This document shows positions 1-12,500 of a stretch of DNA of 64,000 bases, piece by piece. Location of the stretch: positions 2,170,001 to 2,234,000 of the forward strand of contig CP075497.1 of the NCBI GenBank assembly GCA_021613535.1, in the 5' to 3' direction. Under the pieces are notes generated by a model. That model was not told the origin of the DNA and searched no databases. It worked only from the letters and a program-made list of their open reading frames with translations. Within the stretch, counting starts at the first letter, position 1. Each line of letters opens with the position of its first letter. The translations under genes and the position numbers were made by a program. The DNA is from Adineta vaga (Eukaryota; Animalia; Rotifera).

Positions 1-467
1 GCTGTTACCCCCATCGAAACGAAACAACAAACGATTAGAAATATGTAGCAAGATGAATGAAAAAACAATATCGAATTTATTTCTGATGATTGCAGACAAG
101 TAAGTATAGACATCGAGTTAGAAAGACAAGAGAGAGAGAGAAGAAAAAAAATGAAGGGCAATAAGAACACCAAAAGTCATTCTTTCTATTACAATTATTA
201 ACCAATCGAAGAAATATATATGTGTGTCTGCGTGTGTGTGTTCTACGAAACGAAATAGAAAAAAACTGAAAGAAGAAATAAAGAACGCGTTGGTGTACTA
301 TGACTGTGTGTGGTGTTTTTGTTTTGTTTGTCTTCAAAGTACAGTACTAGACACAAGTTTCAATCAAAACTGATATTTTACGCACAGGTGTTAATATTGA
401 CAAGATGAAAAAAAACGATAAGATTATCTTAACTTCGTTTCATTTTATATAGCTTTTTAGATAAATT

Positions 468-2357
468 ATGTATTCAGCCCATGATAACAACGATAATTCC
501 CTGCGAAATGTCCTTTTCAATGCTGCTGTACAATTAAGTGTTCCAACAGTAACATCAACAGCTTCCGCAGCAACAAAAATGCGTGCAAATTCTTCAACAG
601 AAGAAACTTTACTAAACTCTCCACGTTCTCGATCGACTGCAGCGAAATCACGAAATAGTCTTACATCTAGTTCGACATATTTTCGACGACATTCTACTTT
701 TAAAAAAGCGAAAATCTTACGCGATGTCTCGACACAATGTTCATCAACCGTACCAGTTGATGATTCTCCTGAACATGTGGATTTAATCTTAGATAATAAT
801 AATAATCCAACGAAAACATTATCAATATCTCATACATCGAAAGAATATCTGTCTGTTCCACAAAATGATCATTATCGATCATCGCCAAGTTCGTCACCTA
901 CTCGATACAAACAATCATTAAAGCATACTTTACTTGGACTATGGCAAGGTTTAAATAATGACGAAGTTCGATCAACATCTTCATCACCCATCGATCCCAA
1001 ATATTTCGATGAACGAGTTCGAATTGTAAGTCTTCTTTTCTCTTTAACCAATAAAAATAACGCATTTTCTTGCTATTAATAGAGTTCACCAAGATGGAAA
1101 GCGTTTTCTAAAGTTGTGACTTCGTTATTAACATTTACCAGAACAAAAAAAGGACGATATGAATGGATACAATTAGTCGGTCATGCAGGTAAAACACTTC
1201 TTCTTACATTGTTTCAATAACTTCAATTATCGTTTTTATGTTCTTCGTTGAAAAACAATAGGAACGTTTAAAGAAGGTTTTCATGATGGTTATGTTTTGA
1301 AAGAATTATGTGATGATGAACGATATTGTTGTGAATTACTTCAGAATGATCGATTAAAATATTTTGTTCCTAAATATAATGGAACTGTTAAAGATGAAGA
1401 AGGAAAACGTAAGAAATGATATTGAATTGAATGTTTGAATACATGGATTTCCTTTAAAGATTATATTGAAATGGAAGATTTATTAGCATCATTTCATGAA
1501 CCATGTATTATGGATTGTAAAATTGGTGTACGAACTTATCTTGAAGAAGATTTAGAGAAATCAGAACGTGATCCAGTTCCAAGAACTGTGAGGGATTTAA
1601 AGACGATCTGGTTTTTTTCTCTTCTAATGAAGCTTTATGTTAGGATTTATATGAAAAAATGATTGCCATTGATCCAAGTGCACCAACGGACAAAGAACAT
1701 GAAGAGAGAAAGATTCTCAAACCACGTTATATGATCTGGCGTGAAACATTAAGTTCCAGTCAAGAATTAGGTTTTCGTATTGAAGCAATCAAAGTAATAT
1801 GATCAATGAAAATACCTTTTTCATATTCATCGAATCTCGTTTTTAGAAATCTCGTGGTTTAATGTCCAAAGAATTTCAACAAATCAAACATCGTGATGAT
1901 GTGCGAAATCAATTAATGCAATTTCTTGCTAATTCTATTCCACGTGCTGTAAGAAAAATCAATTCTTTCATTTGTCTCTCCATTGATTTTTCCATCTACC
2001 TTAGACTCGATATCTTAATCGTTTGATTGAATTACGTTCCACATGTCTTCGTTCGAAATTCTTTGAAACTCATGAAGTTTGTTCAAAAAAAATTCTTCGT
2101 TCTTTCATTGATTTTTGTTTTGTTTTGTAAAGTTAATTGGTTCATCATTATTATTTGTTCACGATGCAACTCGTGCTTCTCTATGGATGATCGATTTTGG
2201 TAAAACTCGAAAATTACCTTCCGATATTCATATCACACATTCCAAAGCTTGGACACGTGGAACACATGAAGATGGTTATCTAATTGGTTTAGATAATTTA
2301 ATTTTACTTTTACAAGATATTATTGATGAACTAAAACTAAATTTAGTTTCGAATTGA
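468..2357 (+). CDS. ITPK: Inositol-trisphosphate 3-kinase (IPK family), multi-exon
   Basis: Spliced exons give [42 protein letters not shown] (PxxxDxKxG motif), [31 protein letters not shown]; Ser-rich N-terminus; short GT-AG introns. Confidence 0.93.
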
Positions 2358-3076
2358 AAAACAAATCAATTCTCCTTCTTCTTCTTCTTTTTTTTCTGTT
2401 TGTATATAGAGAAATGATCTTTTTGTATATGACTTTATCTGGTGATAACGATTCGAATATGAACGTTTTTATTTCTACAGAAAAGAAAAACAAATTTCAA
2501 CGAGGAACATTTCTTCTCTTCTCTCTGTTTTTGTGTTTGTTCAATTAATATTATTTTTGAGATAACTTTTAACAAAACTGATAAAAAACAAAATCACATC
2601 ATCTTTTTTATCATTCATATTGTTCTGCATTGATTTATTGAATAAACAACATATCGTCTCGTTTCAAAGCATCAATGAGTCTATGTATCAAAACAATACA
2701 TTGACTCATCGTAATTATGTTCTTGTAGGACAAAATCAATCGGTTAGGAGATAAATTTTCATCAAAATCATCTTAACATTAAGATAAAATGATCGATTCG
2801 TTTCTTCTTCTTTTTTTTATGAAGACCTTCACATTGCACATAAATTTGTTTTGTATCTTTTCCTTGAGAAGATTAGAAGACAACAAAATTGTAATGCGCC
2901 TAGTGCCATTTCATGGATAACATCTCATGGCATTTAACAAGAACGGCATTTGAAAATATGTTTTGGTAAAAAGAATAAAAACGTATAATTGAATCGTTTA
3001 ATACAATCTATCATTCGTCTTTTAGTAGTAGCTATTATCACTATAAATCTTGACGAAATCACGAATCTTCATAACA

Positions 3077-4000
3077 ATGTTTTGGATAGTTTTTCTTTCA
3101 TTGATACATATTTCGAATTTACAAACGATAAAAACACCGGAACATGAATGGGATTACGGTCGAGAAGGACCTGATACTTGGCCACATCGATATGAATCTT
3201 GTGAAGGTGAAGCACAATCTCCAATAAATATTCGAACATCACATGTAAAATATGATTCAAGATTAACTACTCCACTTGTTTTTAGTGGATATGCATCGAA
3301 TACAAGTTCAATAGTATGGAATTTTACTCATAATGGACATACAATTGTTGCTCATCCACCGCCATTAGCTCGTCTATCGATGAGTGGAGGTGGTTTACCA
3401 AGTGATTATTATTTAGTTCAATTTCATCTCCATTGGGGTTATAACGCCTTTCAAGGTTCAGAACATACGATTGATGGACAAAAATTTCCTATAGAAATTC
3501 ATTTTGTTCATCGAGCAGCATTTACAAATTCATATGCTGTTTTTAGTATTCTTTTCGAACGTCAACGTGATGATAATACTCATTTAAATGAACTATTATC
3601 TATTCTTAATCGAACAGTTAATACATCCGTCACTATTGAACAACAAATTGATCTATCTCGTATTATTCCGACTGCATCACCACCGAAATTTTATCGTTAC
3701 AATGGTTCGTTTACAACTCCACCATGTACAGAAGGTGTTATATGGACAGTATTAAAACGACGAATATCCATATCCGAATATCAACATCGTGCATTGATGT
3801 CTAATGCTATTCCATTTAATTTTCGACCACCACAAAGATTATTTTCACGGACAGTTTATGTGAATTTTAAATCAGAAGGTCATGAAGGTGGTGAAGAAGA
3901 AGAAGGAGAAGGTGAAGGTGGCCATCATTCTTCTGCATCATTGAAAATTGCTCAATTGTTTCTCGTATTCATTAGTTTAATAATTCATTTTCGTCGATAA
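3077..4000 (+). CDS. Alpha-carbonic anhydrase, secreted/GPI-anchored type, intronless CDS
   Basis: Signal peptide from ATG 3077; QSPINI, NGHT, QFHLHWG, GSEHTIDG, EIHFVH (three Zn-binding His), YNGSFTTPPCTEGVIW, NFRPPQ; hydrophobic C-terminus. Confidence 0.93.
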   Translation: MFWIVFLSLIHISNLQTIKTPEHEWDYGREGPDTWPHRYESCEGEAQSPINIRTSHVKYDSRLTTPLVFSGYASNTSSIVWNFTHNGHTIVAHPPPLARLSMSGGGLPSDYYLVQFHLHWGYNAFQGSEHTIDGQKFPIEIHFVHRAAFTNSYAVFSILFERQRDDNTHLNELLSILNRTVNTSVTIEQQIDLSRIIPTASPPKFYRYNGSFTTPPCTEGVIWTVLKRRISISEYQHRALMSNAIPFNFRPPQRLFSRTVYVNFKSEGHEGGEEEEGEGEGGHHSSASLKIAQLFLVFISLIIHFRR

Positions 4001-4680
4001 GATTTTCATCCTTTAGAATGAATTTGAATGATTGATTCAGGTTGAAAATTACAGATACGTTGAAAAATTGATTTTCTAGATTAATTTCAATTAGTATGTA
4101 GTTTGTCTTTAATCAGGTCCTATTTTTACAAATAAAAATACTTGCAAATGATTTTCTAATCTCGATATACACAAAACGATTGGAAAATATCATCATAGAA
4201 ATATGTATAAAAGTCATATGAAGAAGAAAATGTCAATAAAATACTTTTCTAATCATTGATAATGATTTGTACTAAATTGTCCTTAAAACAATAATTACCT
4301 CGAAAAGTTCTTGATGTATGATTTTCTTCATCCCTGGATAACAATTGCGAATGTTTTCTTGTTTTGTAATACTTTTTGACAGACGTACAAGTGACATTTG
4401 TTCGTTTTTTTTCCAAACTCGTTATCTATCAAGGCATCCCGATTTCATCTGTCAATTAGAACTTTCTCTTTGGTCCAAATCGTCTGTATATTTATGGATA
4501 TTGGCCTCGACCTTTTTTTATTAGAAAGTACGTAGTAAGATATGTATATTCTCTACTTATGTCAGATCTGTCTCTCAAATTCTCTCTCTTTAACGATACG
4601 TCCTCTTGATCTATGATATCATTTATCTCTTGTAACGAACAGAACATACATTAGATTTTCTAATTCTTTCGTAACAAAAT

Positions 4681-6098
4681 ATGAGTTTAATTTGTATTTA
4701 TTTAATGATTATTTCGTTGGTAAATACTGCACCAACTACAAATACGAATGGAACAAGTGAGTTGAATAAAACGAAATGATGAATTGAGAAATGAATTGGT
4801 TTTAGATTTTGGTTCAGTTGTAAATGGCAAGGTAAGTAATGAACTAACATGTAAAATGGATGATGGAAGAAGTAAGTTTTGTATTAGTAAATAGATTTAT
4901 TGATCATTTTTATTGAATAGTTGAAATTCCTCTCAATGGAAAAATTCGTTTGGGTACCAATCCTTGTAAAGGTAAGAAATTCATTGAATTTATCGAATGA
5001 ACCTTATGAACGTTTTCTTTATCTAGTTTGTACTTGTACACTTACGGGATTTCAATGCGAAGATCAATGTGAAACAATTCCAGCATCAACATCTATCGGT
5101 ACACCGGGAGGTAAGTAGAATAAAGGATAAAACATTCATTTCGTTTCATTATCATCAATTAGAAAGTACAACGACAATTTCATCCGGTTCTCCATCATCA
5201 CCTGATCAACTAATAATTTCTCCTCTCCCACATTCAAACACAAGTATTTCAACAATTTCAACTTCAACAGCATCGTCAAATGGCAATACTGATGATGATT
5301 TATCATCTATTATTGCTGCTGGTCCCTGTTCACGTTTAGCAGCGAGTGCTATAGCAGCAGCACGTGAATATGCATTTGTCGATTGTAGTGAAGTTTATTT
5401 AGCTGGAAAACGAACAAGTGGAATCTATGAAATATGGTAAGAACAAAATAAATCGAAACAATCTAATATTTTCTTCTTTGAAAAGGCCTCGAACAAGTCC
5501 AAAACCATTTCGAGTTCTATGCGATATGGATACGGATGGTGGCGGATGGACAGTTATTCAACGACGTGATGATTATAATCAACAATCAAATTTCTTTGTT
5601 TCATGGTTATCATATAAACGTGGTTTTGGTGATTTAAATCGAGATTTTTGGCTTGGAAACGAAAAAATTCATACATTGACAAGTCAAGATGAATATCGTC
5701 TTCATATTGACATGGAAGATTTCAATGTTCAAACACGTTTTGTTGATTATGAATGGTTTTTTATTACCAATGAACAAACAAAATATACATTGAATTTAGG
5801 TCGTTATTTGCCATCATCGACCGGTGGAGATTCTTTATCCTACAATCGTGGAATGCGTTTTACTACACGTGATCAAGATAATGATCAATCCACGTCGGGA
5901 CAATGTGCTGAAAATTATAAAAGTGGTTGGTGGCATGCCGGATGTACATCGGTTAATCTAAATGGTCTTTATTTACGTGGAAATACTTCAACAACCACCG
6001 GAATCTTTTGGGGTAATTGGTTAGGTGCAAAATATTCATTGAAATCATGTCAAATCAAAGTTCGACCATCGGGTTTCAATACGGAAATGCTTTCGTAA
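4681..6098 (+). CDS. Secreted fibrinogen-related (FReD) protein with N-terminal Cys-rich (VWC-like) module and Ser/Thr linker
   Basis: Signal peptide, small exons giving NPCKVCTC...CEDQC, then DCSEVY, VLCDMDTDGGGWTVIQRR, FWLGNEKIH, FTTRDQDND, GWWHAGC, NLNGLY. Confidence 0.9.
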
Positions 6099-6502
6099 CT
6101 GAAAACCTGACTTGATGTCAATTTTGTTTGTTTTAAGCTTTTGTAAATTGTTTCATTTTATTATTCGAATGATACAAAAAAAGAGAAATATGATTTTGCA
6201 AATGAATGATATACGAATGAAGAAAAAGTGCATAAATGTGTTGTCTCGATTGAATTTGATTTTCTCTTGTCTAGATCGATATTTTGAATAAGAAATTTTT
6301 GTTATTTTTTCCTTTTCAATATTTCATTTGGCAATTATTATTCTAATTGGTCAACTCTATATGCGATGATGAGTCATCGAATCGTAATGGCGCTAGATAG
6401 ATCGATGGTTTATTTTACTCGGAATATTCATTTTGTTTAGATAAACATTTCTGTGTGATTTTAACCGGTGATTCAATTCACCGTTGATATAACGGTGTTA
6501 AA

Positions 6503-9500
6503 ATGGTCTTCGAAAATCTCGTTGTCTATCTACTGGATAAATATCTGGGAGATTATATCGAAAATTTAGATACGAAAAAACTTAAAATTGATCTATGGAG
6601 TGGTAAGAACGAGGAAAGAAACTTGTTTCGTTTATCGAAATTTTATTTGTTATTTTATAGGAAATGTTGTTCTTGAAAATCTCTATTTAAAATCAAATGC
6701 ACTGGTATAATGTCTTTCTAATTGATCGAAAGAGATACATTTTCTTTATTTATAGGCTGATTTAAATCTGCCAGTGACTATATCAATTGGATACTTACGT
6801 AGGTTTCCTATTTTCAAAAAAGAAAGAGAAAAACAAGTTTTGGGGTTTGTCTTTTTTTCTTATAGAAAAACTAACATTGCAAGTTCCATGGAAGAATTTA
6901 TATACACATCCAACAAAAGCGACGATTGATGGATTATTTTTATTAGTCGTTCCGAAAACTGGTTTGTCAATTAATTTGATATATGAATTTATTTATGTGA
7001 ATATTTTTTTAGAAGTGGAATTTGATGCTCAACGAGATGCAAGAGAACAACATGAAGCAAAAATGAAAGAAGTTCGAAAGGTTGAAGAACTTCGAAAAGA
7101 AAAAGAAGCTGAAAGTAAAACCTAGAAATTAATTCAATCACTTTTCTAAGAAATATTTCATATTTTAATGTAGAAAATGCGAAAGAAAATGATAAAAATA
7201 ATGATACTTTTGTTGAACGAATGCAACTTCAAGTTATTCGAAATTTAGAATTGTCAATTCGAAATATTCATATTGTCTATGAAGATAGATCAACAAAACC
7301 AGATCATCCATTTGCATTTGGTATTACTCTTAATTACATAACACTTCATGTAAGACGAATTCACAATATGAATTTCTTATCAACTCTTCTTTCATAGACA
7401 ACAACACCTGATTGGGAACCAACAATACTCAAAGAAGATACACCATTGATTCATAAAGTAACTTCACAAAAAAACTACGAAATTCAATTCTAAAATTTCT
7501 CGATTTCAGTTGGGTGAATTAAGTGCTCTATCAATTTATTGGAATACAAATTCGAAATCTCGATCAGACCTACCTCGAGATGATGCAATCGTATGTGAAT
7601 GATATCACTCCTCTCTCTCTATATATATATATTTTTTCATTCTCTAGAATAATTTAAGAGAAAGAATTGCAATTGATAATCAACAAGTACCATCGGATAT
7701 TTCTTATAGTAAACAATCGTTTTGATCGTATCTTTTTGAAATTCTATTGAATTTTAGTTCTTCGTCCATTGAACGTCAAAGCAAGACTTATATTAGGAAT
7801 GAAACCACGTCAGGAAGATTTCAAACGAGCAATGTTTGATATTAAAGTTGATTTAGATGAAATTAGTTTGAATATAAATCGGGATCAAGTAAATTTATTT
7901 ATCAAATCAAAAAAATCTTCTTAACATTCCGTTCAATTTAGTATTCAGATTTACTTGATCTATTAGAATTTCAAGATTATCTTAGTATGAAATCGAAATT
8001 CATCAAATATCATATTAAAAAAGAGCCCGAAGAGAAATCCAGTGTGAAAAAGTACGATGAATTTTGTCTTTCCAATATTTGCAATAAATCTTTTTTAGTT
8101 GGAAATTTGCCTATGAAGCAATTGTAAATGAAGAAATTCGTCCACGGTTTGAATGTTATAAATGGGAAAATATCAAAGCACATTTAGATCGTTGTCGAGA
8201 ATATCGTGCAATTCATTTACAAGAATTAACAGGAAAATTAACCAATGAACAAAAACAACGAGCTGAAGTAAAGATTTGATATTGAGAAGATTCGTTGAAT
8301 TGTTTTGTGTTTTCAAAAGGAATTGGAAAAGAAACTTGATGTTTTTAATATGACATATATTCGTCGAAGTGCAGAAATTGAAGCAAGAAAAAAGAAAGAA
8401 CAAGAACCAAAAACATGGTGGGGAAGTGTATCGAATTGGTGGGGTGGAAGTAAATCTCAAGATGATCCCGGTAGATTCATTTGTTTGTCTTAAATCTGAA
8501 TTCACTTTTCTTTCATCAATTTAGAACTTGATTTGGAAAAAGTCATGTCACCCGAAGAAAAGAATAAATTATTCGAAGCTATTGGTTATGCAGGTGAAGA
8601 TACGTCAACATCAACTTATCCTGACGAAGTTTGTTGAATTAATTTGCTGAAATTTAATTCAATATTTCTTTTAGTATGTGGATATTGATTTGGCGATTCA
8701 TTTGAATATGCTCGATGTTAATGTCTGGTCGAAAATCTATGAGAATGAAACTCAGTATTGATTTGTTTTCATTGCAAATTCCATTTATAAATAACGATTT
8801 TGTTTAGATTTCGAATTATTGCTCGTGGTGTTATACCGGATACAAATTTAACTTTTCGACGACGACCAGCAACCGATGCAATTGCGTATGTGATGAATAG
8901 ATTAGGATATATATTCAAATGATGATTTGTTTTTAGTCTCTCGGTGGATTTAGGTTCATTTCAAGTATTTGGTATTGCAACAAATCCAGATCAATCCGAA
9001 TTCGTCAATGATAGTCGTCCTGTTCTTGTACGTCCATCAGCATTAACAACATCGAATGAACAGAAATTATTACAAGTTGAATTTGAAACAAATCCATTGG
9101 ATAAAAAATCAGATTTTCGTGTCAAAGTTATTTCTCAATCTTTGGAAATCAAATATAATGCTGTAAGAATTTGAATTGAATTCGAATATAAATAGAAGAA
9201 ACTTGATCATTTCTTTAGCCAACAATCAATAAATTAGCGGAATGTTTTGAACCAGATACGCCACGAAACTTACAAGGGTAAGAAAAAAAGAACTTCAGAA
9301 AACATTTTTCTATTGATTTTGTTGATTGATTTAGTGTTAAACAAGTGGCTTATTCAACATATACAGATGTTAAACATCGATCATTTATCTTAATGAAACA
9401 TAATATCGAAAAAATCAAAGTTTTAGATATTTATATTGATATTCAATCATCATATTTTCTTCTACCTGCAAATGGAGTTTATCAAGAGTACGAAAGAAAG

Positions 9501-12500
9501 TTTTACATATTACAGAAGAATATATTTCTTTTGATTTAGTGGTGTCGCAGCTATTTGTATGGATTTAGGTCATTTAACATTACAACGAGGAACAAATCAA
9601 GATATTGATGGCGAAAGTTTTTCTAAACCACAAGTAAAAAATTTTGTTTAAAGTATTTGATCGTTATTTTATTTTTTGTCTTAAATAGAATATTGAGGGT
9701 CTTCGAGAATTATCTTATACACAATTTAAATTAAAACTTACTGATGTTCAATTGATTTATGCGAATAAAAGTAAATCAAATGAGAATACTAAACATTTAT
9801 TTGATTGTTTTCTTAGATGAAAATTGGGAAACTGCACGAAAAGAAAAAAATACTCGTTTACATTTAATTAAACCGATGGAACTTGAAATGGATGTTGATA
9901 AATGTATCTACAGTGATGATGCTGTTCTACCGGCGTAAGAATTTCATTCATTAAATCACAGATTATCTTTGAAATCCTTTTTTTTTATCAGATGGAAAAT
10001 CGCTGGCAATGTTCCAGGTGTTGAATTACGTTTATCCGATAAACGTCTTTTTCATATTATCAATCATATTCAATCAATTCCTTTTCCCGAATCCAAACAT
10101 CCCGTGAATGAAACTGCAACATTAGAAGCCGAAGTTTGTTATACATACATTTCTTTATCAAAGAATCTTGTTCTCTTCTAGACGACAACCGCACAATCTT
10201 TACTGAGTAATCCTGAACAAACACTTGAAACAGTCGAAGGAATGACACCAGTAAAGAAAAATTTAGAAAAAGCAGAAGCAGATGAAAACAATGAAGATAA
10301 TGTTGACGAACCAATTGTAAAAAAACCCTTGACAGAAAAGAAAAGTGATTTTGAAGGACAATTAACACAATTAGAAGCAACATTTACACTTGATAAAGTA
10401 TGATTATTTATCTTTTTATTCAAAAGAAAAAACCTTCTGTTTTTGAAGATTGTTCTACATATTGATGAAGCATTGAATAGTACCAATGAAAATGATGAAG
10501 GTGATCCATTTCTTCATCTTACTCTCGATTCTATTGTTGCTAAAACTAAAATCAAAACATTTGATATGGAATTCAATGCATCATTAGCTGATTTAATCGT
10601 CTATCACGAACAATTCGTTGGTAAAGATAATCAACAATTACGATTATTATCCGCACAATTGAATAAAGATGAAAATAATTCCGAACATGAAAAATTAGTT
10701 AGTGTCAATTTTCTTCATACATCACCTGATAATCCATTATTTTCTTCGTCAACTTATAATGGAATTGAAAATCGTGCTCATATCCATATGACAAAACTTG
10801 TTGTAACATTACAACTAGAAGCATTATTATCAATATTAAGATTTCAAGATGCTCTATTGAAAAAATTACCAAAAGATACACCGGAAATGGAATTGAAGAA
10901 AAGACTTCAAGAAGAAGAAGAAGAAACGAAAAAACAACAAGAATTAAAAGTTCCAGAAGATAATCGAACTTTAGCAAGATCAATATCAACTTCAGGAAAA
11001 GTTGTTAAAAAGAATGGTAAGATATTTAAAGTATTGTATAGATCGGAAGAGTATGAACTATATACTTCGACTTGTTCTCTAGTCTATTGAATTGATTAAA
11101 CGTAAGATTGATTGAATATTCTCTGATCAGACTGCTCGCTCTAGTGTAATTGATGATTTTATTGTATTTGATGTGAAACTTTTGTTTAGATGTTCCGGTA
11201 ACACCAACACTTAAAATTCAAGCTGATTTAGAAGAATTTCGAGTGATAATCGCATCGAAAACGACTCAACTATTTGATATTCAAGTACAAGGTTTGTTGA
11301 AGTCATTTTTTTGGAATATTTTTTTTACATAATCTTTATTTCAGGTGTCAAAGCTGATGTATCCCAAGCACCGGAAAAGACATTAATCAATTTAATTCTT
11401 TCTGATTTACGTGTTTTTGATCCTTACGAAGGTGCTCGATATCGAAAAGTAAGATCTCATCAAACTATCTTCTCATTTTTACACGACATTTTCTTTCGTT
11501 TTCAAAAGATTGTTTCTCAACAAGGCAATGATAAAGATTTACTTCGTGTTGATCTATGTTTATTTAACTATCCCGATGGTTATAAAAAACCTTTGGATAC
11601 TGTCGATTGTAATGTCGATGTAGAATTTGCCAAAGCAAATATCATATTTCTGTTCAAACATATCGATGCAATTCTGGTAAAAAAAAGAACGAAATTTTCT
11701 TACCAATGTTTTTTCATATTTCACTTTTTCTCATAGAATTTTCTTGATTCATTGAATATTACCAAAGCGGCATTAGATTTAGCATCTACTCAAGCCGATG
11801 CTGCTTACGAACAAGTACAAAAATTACAAGAACAAGCGTTTAAAGTTCATTTAGATATTACATTCAATGCACCGAATATAATTATTCCAACGAATTCCTA
11901 TTCGGATGAAGCTTTACTATTTGATTTGGGTAAATTAACATTAAAAACACGTTTTTATGATGATCCAAAGAAATCGCTTGTTGAACAACAAAATGTTCGA
12001 TTAGAAAATGTTTTGGCAAGTCGAGTAAAACTTAATCAAGAGAATCAGATTCTCGGAGAGATTATTTTACTTGAATGTGCAGAATTAAATACTTTAATCA
12101 ATCGATTACTTTATCCCGAAAAAGTCAGAACAGAACCAGGAGTTTCGATCAAAGTCGAATGGGAATTCATTCATGTAAGAAATCTTTCTTTTCATGACCG
12201 ATAAAACATTGTTTTTTATTTCATATAGTTTCGATTAGCGAAAAGTGATTATTCATGTGTGATGAAAGTTTTAATGGAAAATTTTACGGAAAATATTCGC
12301 GATCAAATCTCAGAAACTGCGCAATTGGAACAATATCATTATCGAGAAGAACAACAAGAAAAAGAAGAAGAAGCATTGAGAAATGCTGTTATTAAAAGAC
12401 AACAAGGTTTGAATGAAAAATATCATCGAATGATTTGAGTTGTTGTTTGATTTTCTAGATGCATATGGTGGTGAAATATTACAAACAGTAAAAATTCGAG

